A DNA stretch of 64,000 nt from Clostridiales bacterium (GTDB lineage Bacteria > Bacillota > Clostridia > Saccharofermentanales > Saccharofermentanaceae), in contig JAFWDK010000015.1 in the NCBI GenBank assembly GCA_017513085.1, positions 32,001-96,000 of the forward strand. The letters run 5' to 3'. Each line of letters starts with the position of its first letter. Position 1 is the first letter of the stretch. Below are positions 9,306-18,984 of this stretch, piece after piece. The translations under genes and the position numbers were made by a program. The notes beneath the pieces are model-generated. The model worked only from the letters and a program-made list of their open reading frames with translations, did no database searches and was not told where the DNA came from.

Positions 9306-10679
9306 TTATTTCTTCTCAGGGTCGGCTTTCTCTTCAGAGGATTTTACTTCCTTCGGCGCTTCCTTGGCCATCTTCGGGAACTCCAGCGTGATCTTCGTAC
9401 CTTCGCCAAGTTCACTCTCGAGGCTTACCTCGGCGTTATGGAACTGGGCACCATGCTTCACGATAGAAAGGCCGAGACCTGTACCGCCGATTTCTTTCGA
9501 GTGGCTCTTGTCCACGCGGTAAAAGCGCTCGAACACGCGTTTCTGATGTGTTTTCGGGATACCGATACCGGTGTCCGATACGGAAAGGATCACTTTATCG
9601 TCAGTGGAATGAACATCGACTTCGACTTTTCCGCCCGGCCGGTTATACTTGATCGCATTGTCACAGAGGTTATAGACCATCTCGGAAAGGAGCTGGTACA
9701 CACCGGACACCTCTTCATGCGTTCCCTTCATCTCCAGCTGAATATTTGTCTTAGAGGCTGTCGGTTTCAGACTGTCCAGAACTTCCGCGGAAAGCTCATA
9801 TAGATCGACATTCTCTCGATCTGGTCCGATGCCCTCCTCGTCCAGTTTCGAAAGCTTGATGATGTCTTCGATCAGCATCATGAGACGCTGGGATTCTTTA
9901 TAGATATCCGATGAAAATTCCTGCACTTTCTCCGGCGGAACAACACCCTTGGCCATCAGTTCGGCAAACCCGGAGATCGATGTCAGTGGGGTCTTCAACT
10001 CGTGCGAAACATTCGCGGAGAACTCCCGGCGAAGTGCTTCCCGCTGTGCCACTTCTTCCTGAATGGTCAGTTTCTGCTCACGGATCTTCTGAATAAAAGG
10101 AGAAAGCTCCGGATACGTATTCGTCTCCGGATGGTCGATATCCAGTTCATTGATCGGTCGTACGATCTGCTTTGCTACACGGAAAGAAAGCACTACGGAA
10201 ATCATGAGAACGAGAACCAGTACCCAAAGGACCGGGCTTACTGCATAAAGAGCATAGCGGACAGCGCTGAGCGGACGGCTGAGTCTTAAGATCGTGCCAT
10301 CTTCGCACTTTGTGGCGCAATACATGGTGGTTTCACCACTGCTCTCTGACTTACGGATCGCCTTGCCTTCCCCATCCTGAAGTGCCGACTTGACCTCCGG
10401 ACAATCCTTCTGATTGGGAAACGGCACCCCCGTTTCATTGTCAAAAAGGACGCTTCCGTCTGCACCGATCCAAGTGATCCGGTTGATATCGCCAAGCTTC
10501 GAAAGATACGTCTCACCGCTAAGCATGAGTCCTTTCTCCGCATAAGACACCTCCTGCTGAAGCGCCGCATACGTCTCATCCATTCTCTGCTTATATTGCA
10601 GCCCGAAAAAAAGCGCTCCACAAACGATCAGAACAGACAGACCTACTAAAAATGTGTTTCGAAAAATCGTCTTGATCAT
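9306..10679 (-). CDS. phoR: PhoR-like sensor histidine kinase
   Basis: H box NVSHELKTPLT, N box NLCDNAIKY, RVFERFYRVDKSHS, GTGLGLSIVKH; divergent from a Na/Pi transporter. Confidence 0.8.
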   Translation of the reverse strand: MIKTIFRNTFLVGLSVLIVCGALFFGLQYKQRMDETYAALQQEVSYAEKGLMLSGETYLSKLGDINRITWIGADGSVLFDNETGVPFPNQKDCPEVKSALQDGEGKAIRKSESSGETTMYCATKCEDGTILRLSRPLSAVRYALYAVSPVLWVLVLVLMISVVLSFRVAKQIVRPINELDIDHPETNTYPELSPFIQKIREQKLTIQEEVAQREALRREFSANVSHELKTPLTSISGFAELMAKGVVPPEKVQEFSSDIYKESQRLMMLIEDIIKLSKLDEEGIGPDRENVDLYELSAEVLDSLKPTASKTNIQLEMKGTHEEVSGVYQLLSEMVYNLCDNAIKYNRPGGKVEVDVHSTDDKVILSVSDTGIGIPKTHQKRVFERFYRVDKSHSKEIGGTGLGLSIVKHGAQFHNAEVSLESELGEGTKITLEFPKMAKEAPKEVKSSEEKADPEKK

Positions 10680-10682
10680 ATA

Positions 10683-11363
10683 TTAATCCTCCACAAAGCG
10701 ATATCCGACTCCTCGCACGGTTTGGATATACATGCCGGCCGGTCCGAGCTTGGCCCGAAGCGTACGAATGTGTACATCCAGAGTACGGTTTTCCCTTTCT
10801 GCTCCCAGTCCCCATATCTTTTCAAGGAGTGTTTCCCGCGACATAACGATGCCACGGTTATCGATCAGAAGGAGAAGTAACATGAATTCTTTATAGGTCA
10901 GCGCGATTTCTTCTTCGTTTACCTTCACTTCGTGCCTGTCCCGGCAAACATACAGTTCGCGCCAACTATATTCGGATGTTTTCGAGCCGGAAGAACGTCG
11001 GCGCAATACTGCACGGACGCGTGCCACCAGTTCCATCATTCCGAAAGGTTTGGAAATATAATCATCTGCACCGGCGTCAAGGCCTTCCACCCGGTCATAT
11101 TCCGTATTTTTCGCAGTTAAGATGATCACGGGGATCTCCTCGGTGGCAAGCTGATTGCGTAAACGCTTTAATATCTCGATTCCACCTTCTCCCGGAAGCA
11201 TGATGTCCAGAAGTATTAATTCCGGTTCCTCTTTTTTCATCGCTTCCCAGAATCTCTCCGGCGTCCCGAATCCTTCCGCTTGAAAACCCTGGCTTTCCAG
11301 TGCATAGATAACCAGTTTGCGTATACTTTCATCGTCTTCAAGCATGTAGATCACAGTTCTCAC
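10683..11363 (-). CDS. phoB: PhoB/PhoP-like OmpR-family response regulator
   Basis: LLDIMLP, GADDYISKPF, RTLDVHIRTLRAKL, TVRGVGY. Confidence 0.8.
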   Translation of the reverse strand: MRTVIYMLEDDESIRKLVIYALESQGFQAEGFGTPERFWEAMKKEEPELILLDIMLPGEGGIEILKRLRNQLATEEIPVIILTAKNTEYDRVEGLDAGADDYISKPFGMMELVARVRAVLRRRSSGSKTSEYSWRELYVCRDRHEVKVNEEEIALTYKEFMLLLLLIDNRGIVMSRETLLEKIWGLGAERENRTLDVHIRTLRAKLGPAGMYIQTVRGVGYRFVED

Positions 11364-11428
11364 CTCGTGCTCATCTTAACAAAGAAACGTGAGAAATAAT
11401 AGTCTTTTCGTTTACAAATCACGAACAA

Positions 11429-11468
11429 TTAACCTGTATTTAACATAAACCTGATCAAGGATTTAACA
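11429..11468 (+). promoter_or_regulatory. Pho-box-like direct repeats
   Basis: TTAACC (11429), TTAACA (11440) and TTAACA (11463) at about 11-bp phasing upstream of the Na/Pi symporter. Confidence 0.65.
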
Positions 11469-11504
11469 CAGGGATCATAAAGTAGATATTGGAGGGATAA
11501 AACT

Positions 11505-13256
11505 ATGGGAATTTCTGAAGTTATTAGTCTACTATCCGGTATCGCATTATTTCTATTCGGCATGACCCTTATGGGTGATGGTCTGAAACGGGTCTCCGGC
11601 AATAAGCTGGAACCGATCCTTTTCCGTCTGGCAGGAACACCTATCCGTGCTATGCTTCTCGGTACTTTCGTCACCGCCGTCATTCAATCTTCTTCTGCCA
11701 CGTCCGTCATGGTCGTCGGTTTCGTAAACTCCGGCATGATGAAAATGAAACAAGCGATCCGCGTTATCCTCGGCGCCATTCTCGGCACCAGCATCACCGG
11801 CTGGATCATCTGCTTAAGCTACATTGACAGTGGCTCAGGGATCCAGAGCATCCTTTCCACTTCGACACTGACGGGAGTCATTGCTGTTGTCGGCATTATC
11901 TTCCGTATGTTCTGCAAGAAAAAGATCCACCACCATATCGGTGACATCATGATGGGTTTTGCCGTCCTGATGTTCGGTATGAGTAACATGAGCTCCGCCG
12001 TCTCAAGCCTCGGTACCCAGCCATGGTTTACTTCTCTTCTGACTTCCATGACCCACCCGATCATGGGTATCCTCATCGGACTCGTTTTCTCGGCTCTTCT
12101 GCAATCGGCATCTGCCGCAGTCGGTATCATTCAGGCCCTCTCCCTTACCGGAGCGATCACCCTGGAGTCCGGACTTCCGCTCCTCATGGGTATTGCGATC
12201 GGTGCCTCTGTTCCGGTACTTCTTTCCGCACTTGGCGCGAATGTTAACGGTAGAAAAACCGCGGTCAGCTATCTGGTTGCATCCTTTATGGGCGTTATGG
12301 TCTGCTCGTCACTCTTTTACATCGGCGATGCCATCTTCCATTTCTCTTTCCTGTCCATGACCGTGAATCCTGTTTCGATTGCTTTGGTCAACACGATCCT
12401 TCGATTCTCCATCCTTCTGGTCCTCGCACCTTTTGTCGATGTGCTGGAAGCTGTTGCCAACCTGGTCGTTCCTACCAAGAACGAGCCCAATGACCCGGCC
12501 CTCAAGCTGGAGGAACGTTTCTTGACTCACCCTGCTTTGGCTATTGAACAGAGCAAGGCCACCATTGCCGATATGGCGCGCGATGCAGAAAAGTCAGTCG
12601 AAGCTGCCTCCGGTCTTATCTCGAACTTCAGTGAAGAAGGTTTCACGCATGTTGAAGATCTCGAAAACGCCGGCGACCGCTACGAGGACGCACTCGGCTC
12701 ATATCTCGCCAAATTGACCGGGGTAGAGCTTTCAGAGCGGCAGAATTGTGAAGTATCCAAGTTCCTGCACACACTTTCAGATTTCGAGCGTATCTCCGAC
12801 CATGCAGTCAGCATTGCCAGAAGCGCCCAGGAGATTCATGACAAGAATCTGACTTTTACTGATGATGCGAAAAAAGAACTGGCTGTCCTCATTTCTGCAG
12901 TTCGTGATAATCTGCATAATACCATCACATCCTTCATTAACGAAGATATCTCTATGGCACAGCGCGTCGAACCTCTTGAGGAAGTGATCGACTCACTTTG
13001 CGATGAGATGAAGATGCGCCACGTCGACCGCGTGCAGCAGGGACAGTGCACGATCGAGCATGGTTTTGTATTCAATGACCTCATCACATGTATGGAGCGT
13101 ATCTCCGATCACTGCTCGAACATCGCCGTCGCCCTCATCGAGCTCAGCACCGGTTCTTTTGACACACATATGTATCTCGGAAGGATCAAAGAGAAGCGCT
13201 CACCGGACTTCGAACACTATATCCAGGATTACACTGCCAAGTATTCTTTTGACTGA
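11505..13256 (+). CDS. Na+/Pi cotransporter with C-terminal PhoU repeats
   Basis: Two QSSSA/QSASA motifs, many TM helices, two ERISDH PhoU motifs. Confidence 0.9.
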   Translation: MGISEVISLLSGIALFLFGMTLMGDGLKRVSGNKLEPILFRLAGTPIRAMLLGTFVTAVIQSSSATSVMVVGFVNSGMMKMKQAIRVILGAILGTSITGWIICLSYIDSGSGIQSILSTSTLTGVIAVVGIIFRMFCKKKIHHHIGDIMMGFAVLMFGMSNMSSAVSSLGTQPWFTSLLTSMTHPIMGILIGLVFSALLQSASAAVGIIQALSLTGAITLESGLPLLMGIAIGASVPVLLSALGANVNGRKTAVSYLVASFMGVMVCSSLFYIGDAIFHFSFLSMTVNPVSIALVNTILRFSILLVLAPFVDVLEAVANLVVPTKNEPNDPALKLEERFLTHPALAIEQSKATIADMARDAEKSVEAASGLISNFSEEGFTHVEDLENAGDRYEDALGSYLAKLTGVELSERQNCEVSKFLHTLSDFERISDHAVSIARSAQEIHDKNLTFTDDAKKELAVLISAVRDNLHNTITSFINEDISMAQRVEPLEEVIDSLCDEMKMRHVDRVQQGQCTIEHGFVFNDLITCMERISDHCSNIAVALIELSTGSFDTHMYLGRIKEKRSPDFEHYIQDYTAKYSFD

Positions 13257-13268
13257 TCGATCGACAGA

Positions 13269-14342
13269 TTATGTGAAATCCGGGTGATCGCCACGGCTGT
13301 CCACGACTTCGTACCCGATCTTCGTCATACGTGCACGGAGGCACACATTACATTCTGCCGCTTCCTCGCCGGTACAGATCTTGCCGTCATACAGCAGATA
13401 CTTGCCGCGCACCTGCACCGGAGACAGGTTTGGCATAATGACATTTGCTCCGGCCAGAATGCCTTTCTCGCGTCCAAAAGCATCCGCCGTTCCCAGTGCG
13501 GTCGTGGCCGGAAGCAGCACTTTCGGAAATAGGATCCGCAGCACAGCAAGCAGAGCAATCGTTTCTTCTGCCGAACCATTCGGCTCGTCGCGGAATGGTG
13601 TATCTTTGTGGGCAAGAAACGGACCGATACCGATCATGTGAGGCTGGAGTTCCTGCATGAAGCGGATATCTTCCAGTATATGCTCCGTTGTCTGGTGCGG
13701 CGTGCCGATCATGATGCCGCAACCCACTTGAAAACCGATTTTTTTGAGATCACGCAGGCACTGTTTTCTGTGCGCACCGGAAAGCGATGCCGGATGAAGC
13801 ATCGCATAGTGCTCTTCATTTGCTGTCTCATGGCGGAGAAGATAGCGCTCCGCTCCCGCTTCAAAATAGCGCTGATAGCTCTCATAGGATTTCTCCCCGA
13901 TCGAAAGTGTAACTGCGCATGTCGGGTGCTTCTCCTTAATGGCACGTACCAGTTCACAGATCCGGTCATCGGTATAGTACGGATCTTCACCCCCTTGCAG
14001 GACGAAAGTCCGGAAACCCAGTTCTTCGCCTTTGTCACAGCAGGAAAGGATCTCTTCCCTAGTCAGGCGGTATCGGCTGGCATTCTTGTTGCTCAAACGG
14101 ATCCCGCAGTAATAGCAGTCATTTTTACAGTAGTTGGTAAACTCGATCAAACCACGGAGATAGACCGTCTTTCCGAAAACGGCTTGCGATATCTCTCTTG
14201 CTTTGGAAAAAAGGATCTCCCTTTCTTCCTCGGTTGCCCGGTGTAAGATATAATCCAGCAGTTCTAAAGAAATTTGCCGGGTTTCAGCCATTTCCTCGAT
14301 CTTTTGCGTAAATCCGTCCATATTGGTATCTCTCTTTTCCAT
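13269..14342 (-). CDS. hydE: [FeFe]-hydrogenase maturase HydE (radical SAM)
   Basis: RGLIEFTNYCKNDCYYCGIR, VLQGGED, YLLRHET, MIGIGPF, PATTAL, GANVIMPN, YLLYDGK; start could also be 14321. Confidence 0.9.
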   Translation of the reverse strand: MEKRDTNMDGFTQKIEEMAETRQISLELLDYILHRATEEEREILFSKAREISQAVFGKTVYLRGLIEFTNYCKNDCYYCGIRLSNKNASRYRLTREEILSCCDKGEELGFRTFVLQGGEDPYYTDDRICELVRAIKEKHPTCAVTLSIGEKSYESYQRYFEAGAERYLLRHETANEEHYAMLHPASLSGAHRKQCLRDLKKIGFQVGCGIMIGTPHQTTEHILEDIRFMQELQPHMIGIGPFLAHKDTPFRDEPNGSAEETIALLAVLRILFPKVLLPATTALGTADAFGREKGILAGANVIMPNLSPVQVRGKYLLYDGKICTGEEAAECNVCLRARMTKIGYEVVDSRGDHPDFT

Positions 14343-14343
14343 A

Positions 14344-14889
14344 CTATTCATTCTCGAAATCATACTCCCTGACTTCACAGTTTTTTATGCCGAACTTGGC
14401 ATATTCATCGTTTTCCATCTCATAGAAGTATGAGTGGATCACCCGTGCTATACCATTATGCGCAACCAGGATATAAGTCTTATCCTTCTGTGCTTTTAAC
14501 TCATCGAGAAGATTATATATCCTTTGAGCCAGCTGAAACATAGACTCTCCGCCATCAAAACGATACAGAAATCTTTGCTTCATCTCGAAAAACTCCTGCC
14601 CGTCTCTCGGCGTGGACTCATATTTTCCGAAACATTGCTCGAAAAGGCGCTTGTCCGGCATCGCCGGCACACCGAGGATCTCGGAGATATGCATGGCCGT
14701 ATCTTTGGCACGGGATAAGGGCGAGTACAGGATCATGTCGGCTTTGACATCCATACCAAGAAGATTGTTCGCAGTCTGGATCGCCTGTTCGTGACCCTTC
14801 TCCGTCAAAGGACTATCTGTCGCGCCGCAGATTTTGTTTTCAACGTTCCAGACCGTTTCTCCATGCCTGACAAAATACAGTTTCGACAT
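14344..14889 (-). CDS. Histidine phosphatase (phosphoglycerate mutase family)
   Basis: VRHGET, SPLSRA, LVAHNG. Confidence 0.9.
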   Translation of the reverse strand: MSKLYFVRHGETVWNVENKICGATDSPLTEKGHEQAIQTANNLLGMDVKADMILYSPLSRAKDTAMHISEILGVPAMPDKRLFEQCFGKYESTPRDGQEFFEMKQRFLYRFDGGESMFQLAQRIYNLLDELKAQKDKTYILVAHNGIARVIHSYFYEMENDEYAKFGIKNCEVREYDFENE

Positions 14890-15039
14890 TTCTTCTCCTT
14901 TTCGCTATCTTCGGGATATATAAAGGAAGACAGCATTCTTTAAGATTATATCACGTGCCCGCCGTTTCGCCTCTACTGTCAAAGAATCGGGAGTTTATTT
15001 CTTTGCCGAAAGGTCATATAATAGTATAGTTAAACGCAA

Positions 15040-16224
15040 ATGATGGGAGAAAAAGAATTGAATCGATTCAAAAACGCACTCGGGCGCCGTTGGGGAGCCT
15101 ATTCCGTAGCTGCCGTAACCGGCGTAGTCGCCTACCTGGTTTTGACGAATATGCCTGTAGTTCTTGCATGGTTATCCCACGTCGTACAACTGATGTCACC
15201 GATCATCATCGGCATCATTATCGCTTATCTTATCGATCTTATCGTCGTTTTTTTCGAAAACAAAATATTCAAGAAGGTTAAGAAGCCGAAGACCCGCTAT
15301 ATCCTGTCCGTCACCGTCTCGATCCTTCTTGTTCTGATCTTTATCGGGTTCTTCTTCTGGCTGGTTTTACCGGAGATCGTGCAAAGTATCACGCATTTCA
15401 TATCCAATGCACAGAATTATTCATCTCTGCTGGATGAGAATCTCGCAAAACTCGATAAATTCGCTGCCCAATACGATATCCAACTGAATGCCACCAAGTG
15501 GACTTCGAACATTCACGCATGGACGGATACCATGATCGCCGATTTCACCACGAATCTCTCTCGCGCCATGAATACTGTCTTAAGTGTGGGCTCTATGCTG
15601 GTCAATGTTTTCGTCGGCATCATTCTCGCGGTTTATTTTCTGGCCGGAAAGAAGAAGCTCTATGCAGGCATCCGCCGATTCCGCCATGCCCTTCTTACCG
15701 ATGAACAATATGAGAAGCACACCGCCTTTCTTAAGCGAAGCAGTGCAATCTTTGCCAAATACATCAGTTATACGATCCTTGAAGCGATCGGAGTAGGCAT
15801 CGTTAATGCTATTTTCATGCTGATAGCAGGTCTTCCGAACGTGACTCTCATCTCCGTCCTTGTTGCGGTAACTAATATCTTACCGACATTCGGACCGATC
15901 ATCGGAGGTGCTTTGGGTGCATTTATCCTATTGCTCGAAGACCCGATGTATGCCTTGATCTTCATCATCTTCACTTTGATCCTGCAGACGATCGACGGAT
16001 ACATCGTCAAGCCACACCTTTTCGGTGACTCGCTTGGCATGCCGTCTTTCGTTTCTTTGATTTCTATTATCCTCGGGGGCAAGCTATTCGGACCAATTGG
16101 TATCCTTATCTCGATTCCTTTTGCCGCTGTCTGCGCGATCCTTTATCGTGAAAGTTTTCTGCCCTGGCTCAACAAGCGCAAACAGATGCGTACTCCCGCG
16201 CCTGCGCAGAAGAAAGACAAGTAA
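15040..16224 (+). CDS. AI-2E family transporter
   Basis: TM pattern with NILPTFGPIIG, QTIDGYIVKP, GGKLFGPIG. Confidence 0.85.
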   Translation: MMGEKELNRFKNALGRRWGAYSVAAVTGVVAYLVLTNMPVVLAWLSHVVQLMSPIIIGIIIAYLIDLIVVFFENKIFKKVKKPKTRYILSVTVSILLVLIFIGFFFWLVLPEIVQSITHFISNAQNYSSLLDENLAKLDKFAAQYDIQLNATKWTSNIHAWTDTMIADFTTNLSRAMNTVLSVGSMLVNVFVGIILAVYFLAGKKKLYAGIRRFRHALLTDEQYEKHTAFLKRSSAIFAKYISYTILEAIGVGIVNAIFMLIAGLPNVTLISVLVAVTNILPTFGPIIGGALGAFILLLEDPMYALIFIIFTLILQTIDGYIVKPHLFGDSLGMPSFVSLISIILGGKLFGPIGILISIPFAAVCAILYRESFLPWLNKRKQMRTPAPAQKKDK

Positions 16225-16247
16225 GCAGAAGCGTTATCGCTTTCCGC

Positions 16248-16889
16248 TCACGCATCCTCTCTCGCGCACTGGATCATCGGATCATCGACAAGTTCCAGAC
16301 GGATCTCCGGCACATCCACACCCATCGTCTGAAGATTCTTTCTTGCCGTATTCAGGAAAAGCTCTGCGTTTTCGGACTTGATCTCCGCCGGGCACTTCTC
16401 GAGATTATCTGATGCCTTGATCTCTGCACCGATCTCCTTTAAGACCGCTTCCAAAGCCTTCTCCGCTTTCAATGCTTCCAGTACAGATCTCAACTGGAAA
16501 TAGCCGTAGATCATGACGTTGTTGATCGCTTCGGTATTCCAGATACGTGTATAGAAAGACACGAAGTCTTCGCCCTCCGGCATCGGCGCCGGCACCTGGC
16601 TCAGGATATTTGTAAGACGGTCTTTAAGCTGTCCCAGTCTTTCCTCTTCTCCCATGTAGCGGTAATACGCGACCGCAAGAGAATTGACGTACATCTCCTC
16701 ATCCACTTTCGAGAATTTCGCGCCCTGCTTCTCAACAATGCAGTGACCCATCTCGTGAACGAGATTGTACCAGTGGAAATAAAGGTCAAAGAAATACTGA
16801 ATATTCTCCGCTCCGAAAAGCATCGTGTATCCCTGCTGCTGTTCCTCGTTTCCGCTTTCAAACTTGCCTGACATAATGACGTACTTCAT
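16248..16889 (-). CDS. Hypothetical protein with HExxH zincin-like motif
   Basis: LVHEMGH followed by EEMYVN; SD GAGGAG. Confidence 0.6.
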   Translation of the reverse strand: MKYVIMSGKFESGNEEQQQGYTMLFGAENIQYFFDLYFHWYNLVHEMGHCIVEKQGAKFSKVDEEMYVNSLAVAYYRYMGEEERLGQLKDRLTNILSQVPAPMPEGEDFVSFYTRIWNTEAINNVMIYGYFQLRSVLEALKAEKALEAVLKEIGAEIKASDNLEKCPAEIKSENAELFLNTARKNLQTMGVDVPEIRLELVDDPMIQCAREDA

Positions 16890-16909
16890 GTGTTTTTTTC
16901 TCCTCGTAT

Positions 16910-18820
16910 TTAGACTTGCGGGTTAATCGAATCGATATACTGATGGTATTTCTCTTTTTCGCTATACATGTATTTATCCGCACGGTCAATGTATTCTTCG
17001 ATCGTCTCATCGTCACCGGGCTCGATGATCGCATATCCAATGCTGGCGTGAAGAATAAATGCAAGATTCAGTGCTTTGAAATCATTACTCATCGCTTCAG
17101 AGATCTGCCTGATCAGTTCCTCGATCGTCTCGGTTTCCGGACATGGTCCGACAGCGATGAATTCATCTCCGCCATATCTTCCGAAAAGCCATTCTTTCGG
17201 CGAATGTGTCTTGAAAGCTTCCGCGGTCGCCTTGATGGCAAAATCGCCGTTCAGATGTCCGTACACATCATTGATCGTCTTCATTCTGTCGATATCCGCG
17301 AATACAAGCATCGACTTCAGACCGGCCGCTTTGCGGGAAGAAATGTACTCATACAGCACCTTCAGACAGCCTGTACGGTTATAGATTCCCGTGAGCGCAT
17401 CCGTCATATAGATCTTCTTCAGTTCATCATTATCACGCTTCGCAAAGATATGCCGGCGCATGCTGAAAAGCTGCGCGTTCATGCTCATGCAAAACTTACC
17501 GAGGCTGATATTATAAAGAAGTTCCGGCGAATTCTTGATTGCCACATAACCGATGATAAAATGCATATAGTTCAGCGGCGCAAAAATATAAAGATTCGAT
17601 TTTCCTTCTTCATGCACATAATCCGGATAAAGTTCTTTCGAATCAAAACTGCGTATCGCCATTCTCTTCCCGTTCCGCAGTTCATGCAGAACATCCATAT
17701 TTGAACTGTAACCTCTTATTCTCTGCGGATACTGCTCATCGTCCAGGTCAAAAAATATCGGCTCCGTGCAAAGACAATAATCCGGACCGAGAGTCGGCAG
17801 ATCCGGGTTATCCTGCATTCCTTTTTCGACAAAATCCTCTTTTCGGGTTGCCATAGACAACGGGATCTGCATGCGTCGGAAAAATATATCCATCATATCC
17901 TGTTTCAGCAAGGAATAGTATGTATTTCTGACCGCATCAAAGCGATTATGTACCGCCTCTTCCGTAGCAGGGCATCCGCAGCTTTCGGAGGGAATGTAGT
18001 GAGAAGAACATTCTTCCGTAAATCTCTCTTCCGGATGGCTGATCTGATACTTCAATTTGTCGTATGCCAGTTCACCCAGTGTCTCCCATCCTCGGGAAAC
18101 TGTCGCCAGAATAGGGAAGGTATGTTGTCCGATATTAGTCATATCAAAACCGGTCAGAAGGACATCTTCCGGTATGCGGAATCCTCGCTCATTTAACGCA
18201 GAGCCAATGCCGAGCGCCATATTATCATTCGCACAGACAATGGCATCCGGAAGCTTATTCCCTGCATCCAGATATGCATTCATCTGGAGATAAGCTGTAT
18301 AAAATCCATAATCACATTGAAATTCCGCCAAAAGAGTATTGTCATGCTCAGCAAGAACATCGACAAGAGCCTGACGCCTTATCATGTTTTCTTCATTTCC
18401 TTGCACGCCATTCACATATATGATCGTTTTTGCATGGTGATGTTCAATAAGATGTGTGGCAAGTTCTCTGACACCTTTATAGTTTTCAGACTTGATACAG
18501 GACATATCGGGAACATCCACTTCAAGTGAGATCATGGGTACGCCGGCCCTCTGAAATCTTGCACAAACGCGTTCCTGTTCATCCGGGATATTAAAGGTAT
18601 TGGTCAGCATGACGGCTCCGTCAAAATCTTTCGGATCAGGAAGATGAACCAGATTCAGCTGACATTTATTCTGCAGTTCATGGTCATTTGCCGCGCAATA
18701 TGTGACAAACACAAAAATATCCACGCTGTCTTCTTGCGCCTTTTTCTGCAAGCCGGTTACCACATGTTCGATGAATTCATTGCTATATCCATTTGTAAAG
18801 ACTGCGATCCGCTTATTCAT
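16910..18820 (-). CDS. Diguanylate cyclase with LacI-type sugar-binding sensor domain
   Basis: PDAIVCANDNMALG, IPEDVLLTGFD, SESCGC; C-terminal DALTGIYNR, KTINDVYGH, RYGGDEF. Confidence 0.85.
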   Translation of the reverse strand: MNKRIAVFTNGYSNEFIEHVVTGLQKKAQEDSVDIFVFVTYCAANDHELQNKCQLNLVHLPDPKDFDGAVMLTNTFNIPDEQERVCARFQRAGVPMISLEVDVPDMSCIKSENYKGVRELATHLIEHHHAKTIIYVNGVQGNEENMIRRQALVDVLAEHDNTLLAEFQCDYGFYTAYLQMNAYLDAGNKLPDAIVCANDNMALGIGSALNERGFRIPEDVLLTGFDMTNIGQHTFPILATVSRGWETLGELAYDKLKYQISHPEERFTEECSSHYIPSESCGCPATEEAVHNRFDAVRNTYYSLLKQDMMDIFFRRMQIPLSMATRKEDFVEKGMQDNPDLPTLGPDYCLCTEPIFFDLDDEQYPQRIRGYSSNMDVLHELRNGKRMAIRSFDSKELYPDYVHEEGKSNLYIFAPLNYMHFIIGYVAIKNSPELLYNISLGKFCMSMNAQLFSMRRHIFAKRDNDELKKIYMTDALTGIYNRTGCLKVLYEYISSRKAAGLKSMLVFADIDRMKTINDVYGHLNGDFAIKATAEAFKTHSPKEWLFGRYGGDEFIAVGPCPETETIEELIRQISEAMSNDFKALNLAFILHASIGYAIIEPGDDETIEEYIDRADKYMYSEKEKYHQYIDSINPQV

Positions 18821-18911
18821 GAATATTCTCTCCTCATCGACCATTACATTTCTGCTCTTCCGACATAAAACGTAAGGGATACTTTTCATTACTCCCACAA
18901 CATTTTATTAT

Positions 18912-18946
18912 AAATCAGCAGGCACAAAAAATGTACCTGCTGATTT
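18912..18946. terminator. Hairpin or terminator after the ABC transporter gene
   Basis: AAATCAGCAGG...CCTGCTGATTT inverted repeat. Confidence 0.6.
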
Positions 18947-18984
18947 TGATCTCTATGAAAAATCTTCTGATTTTGTGACGATCC

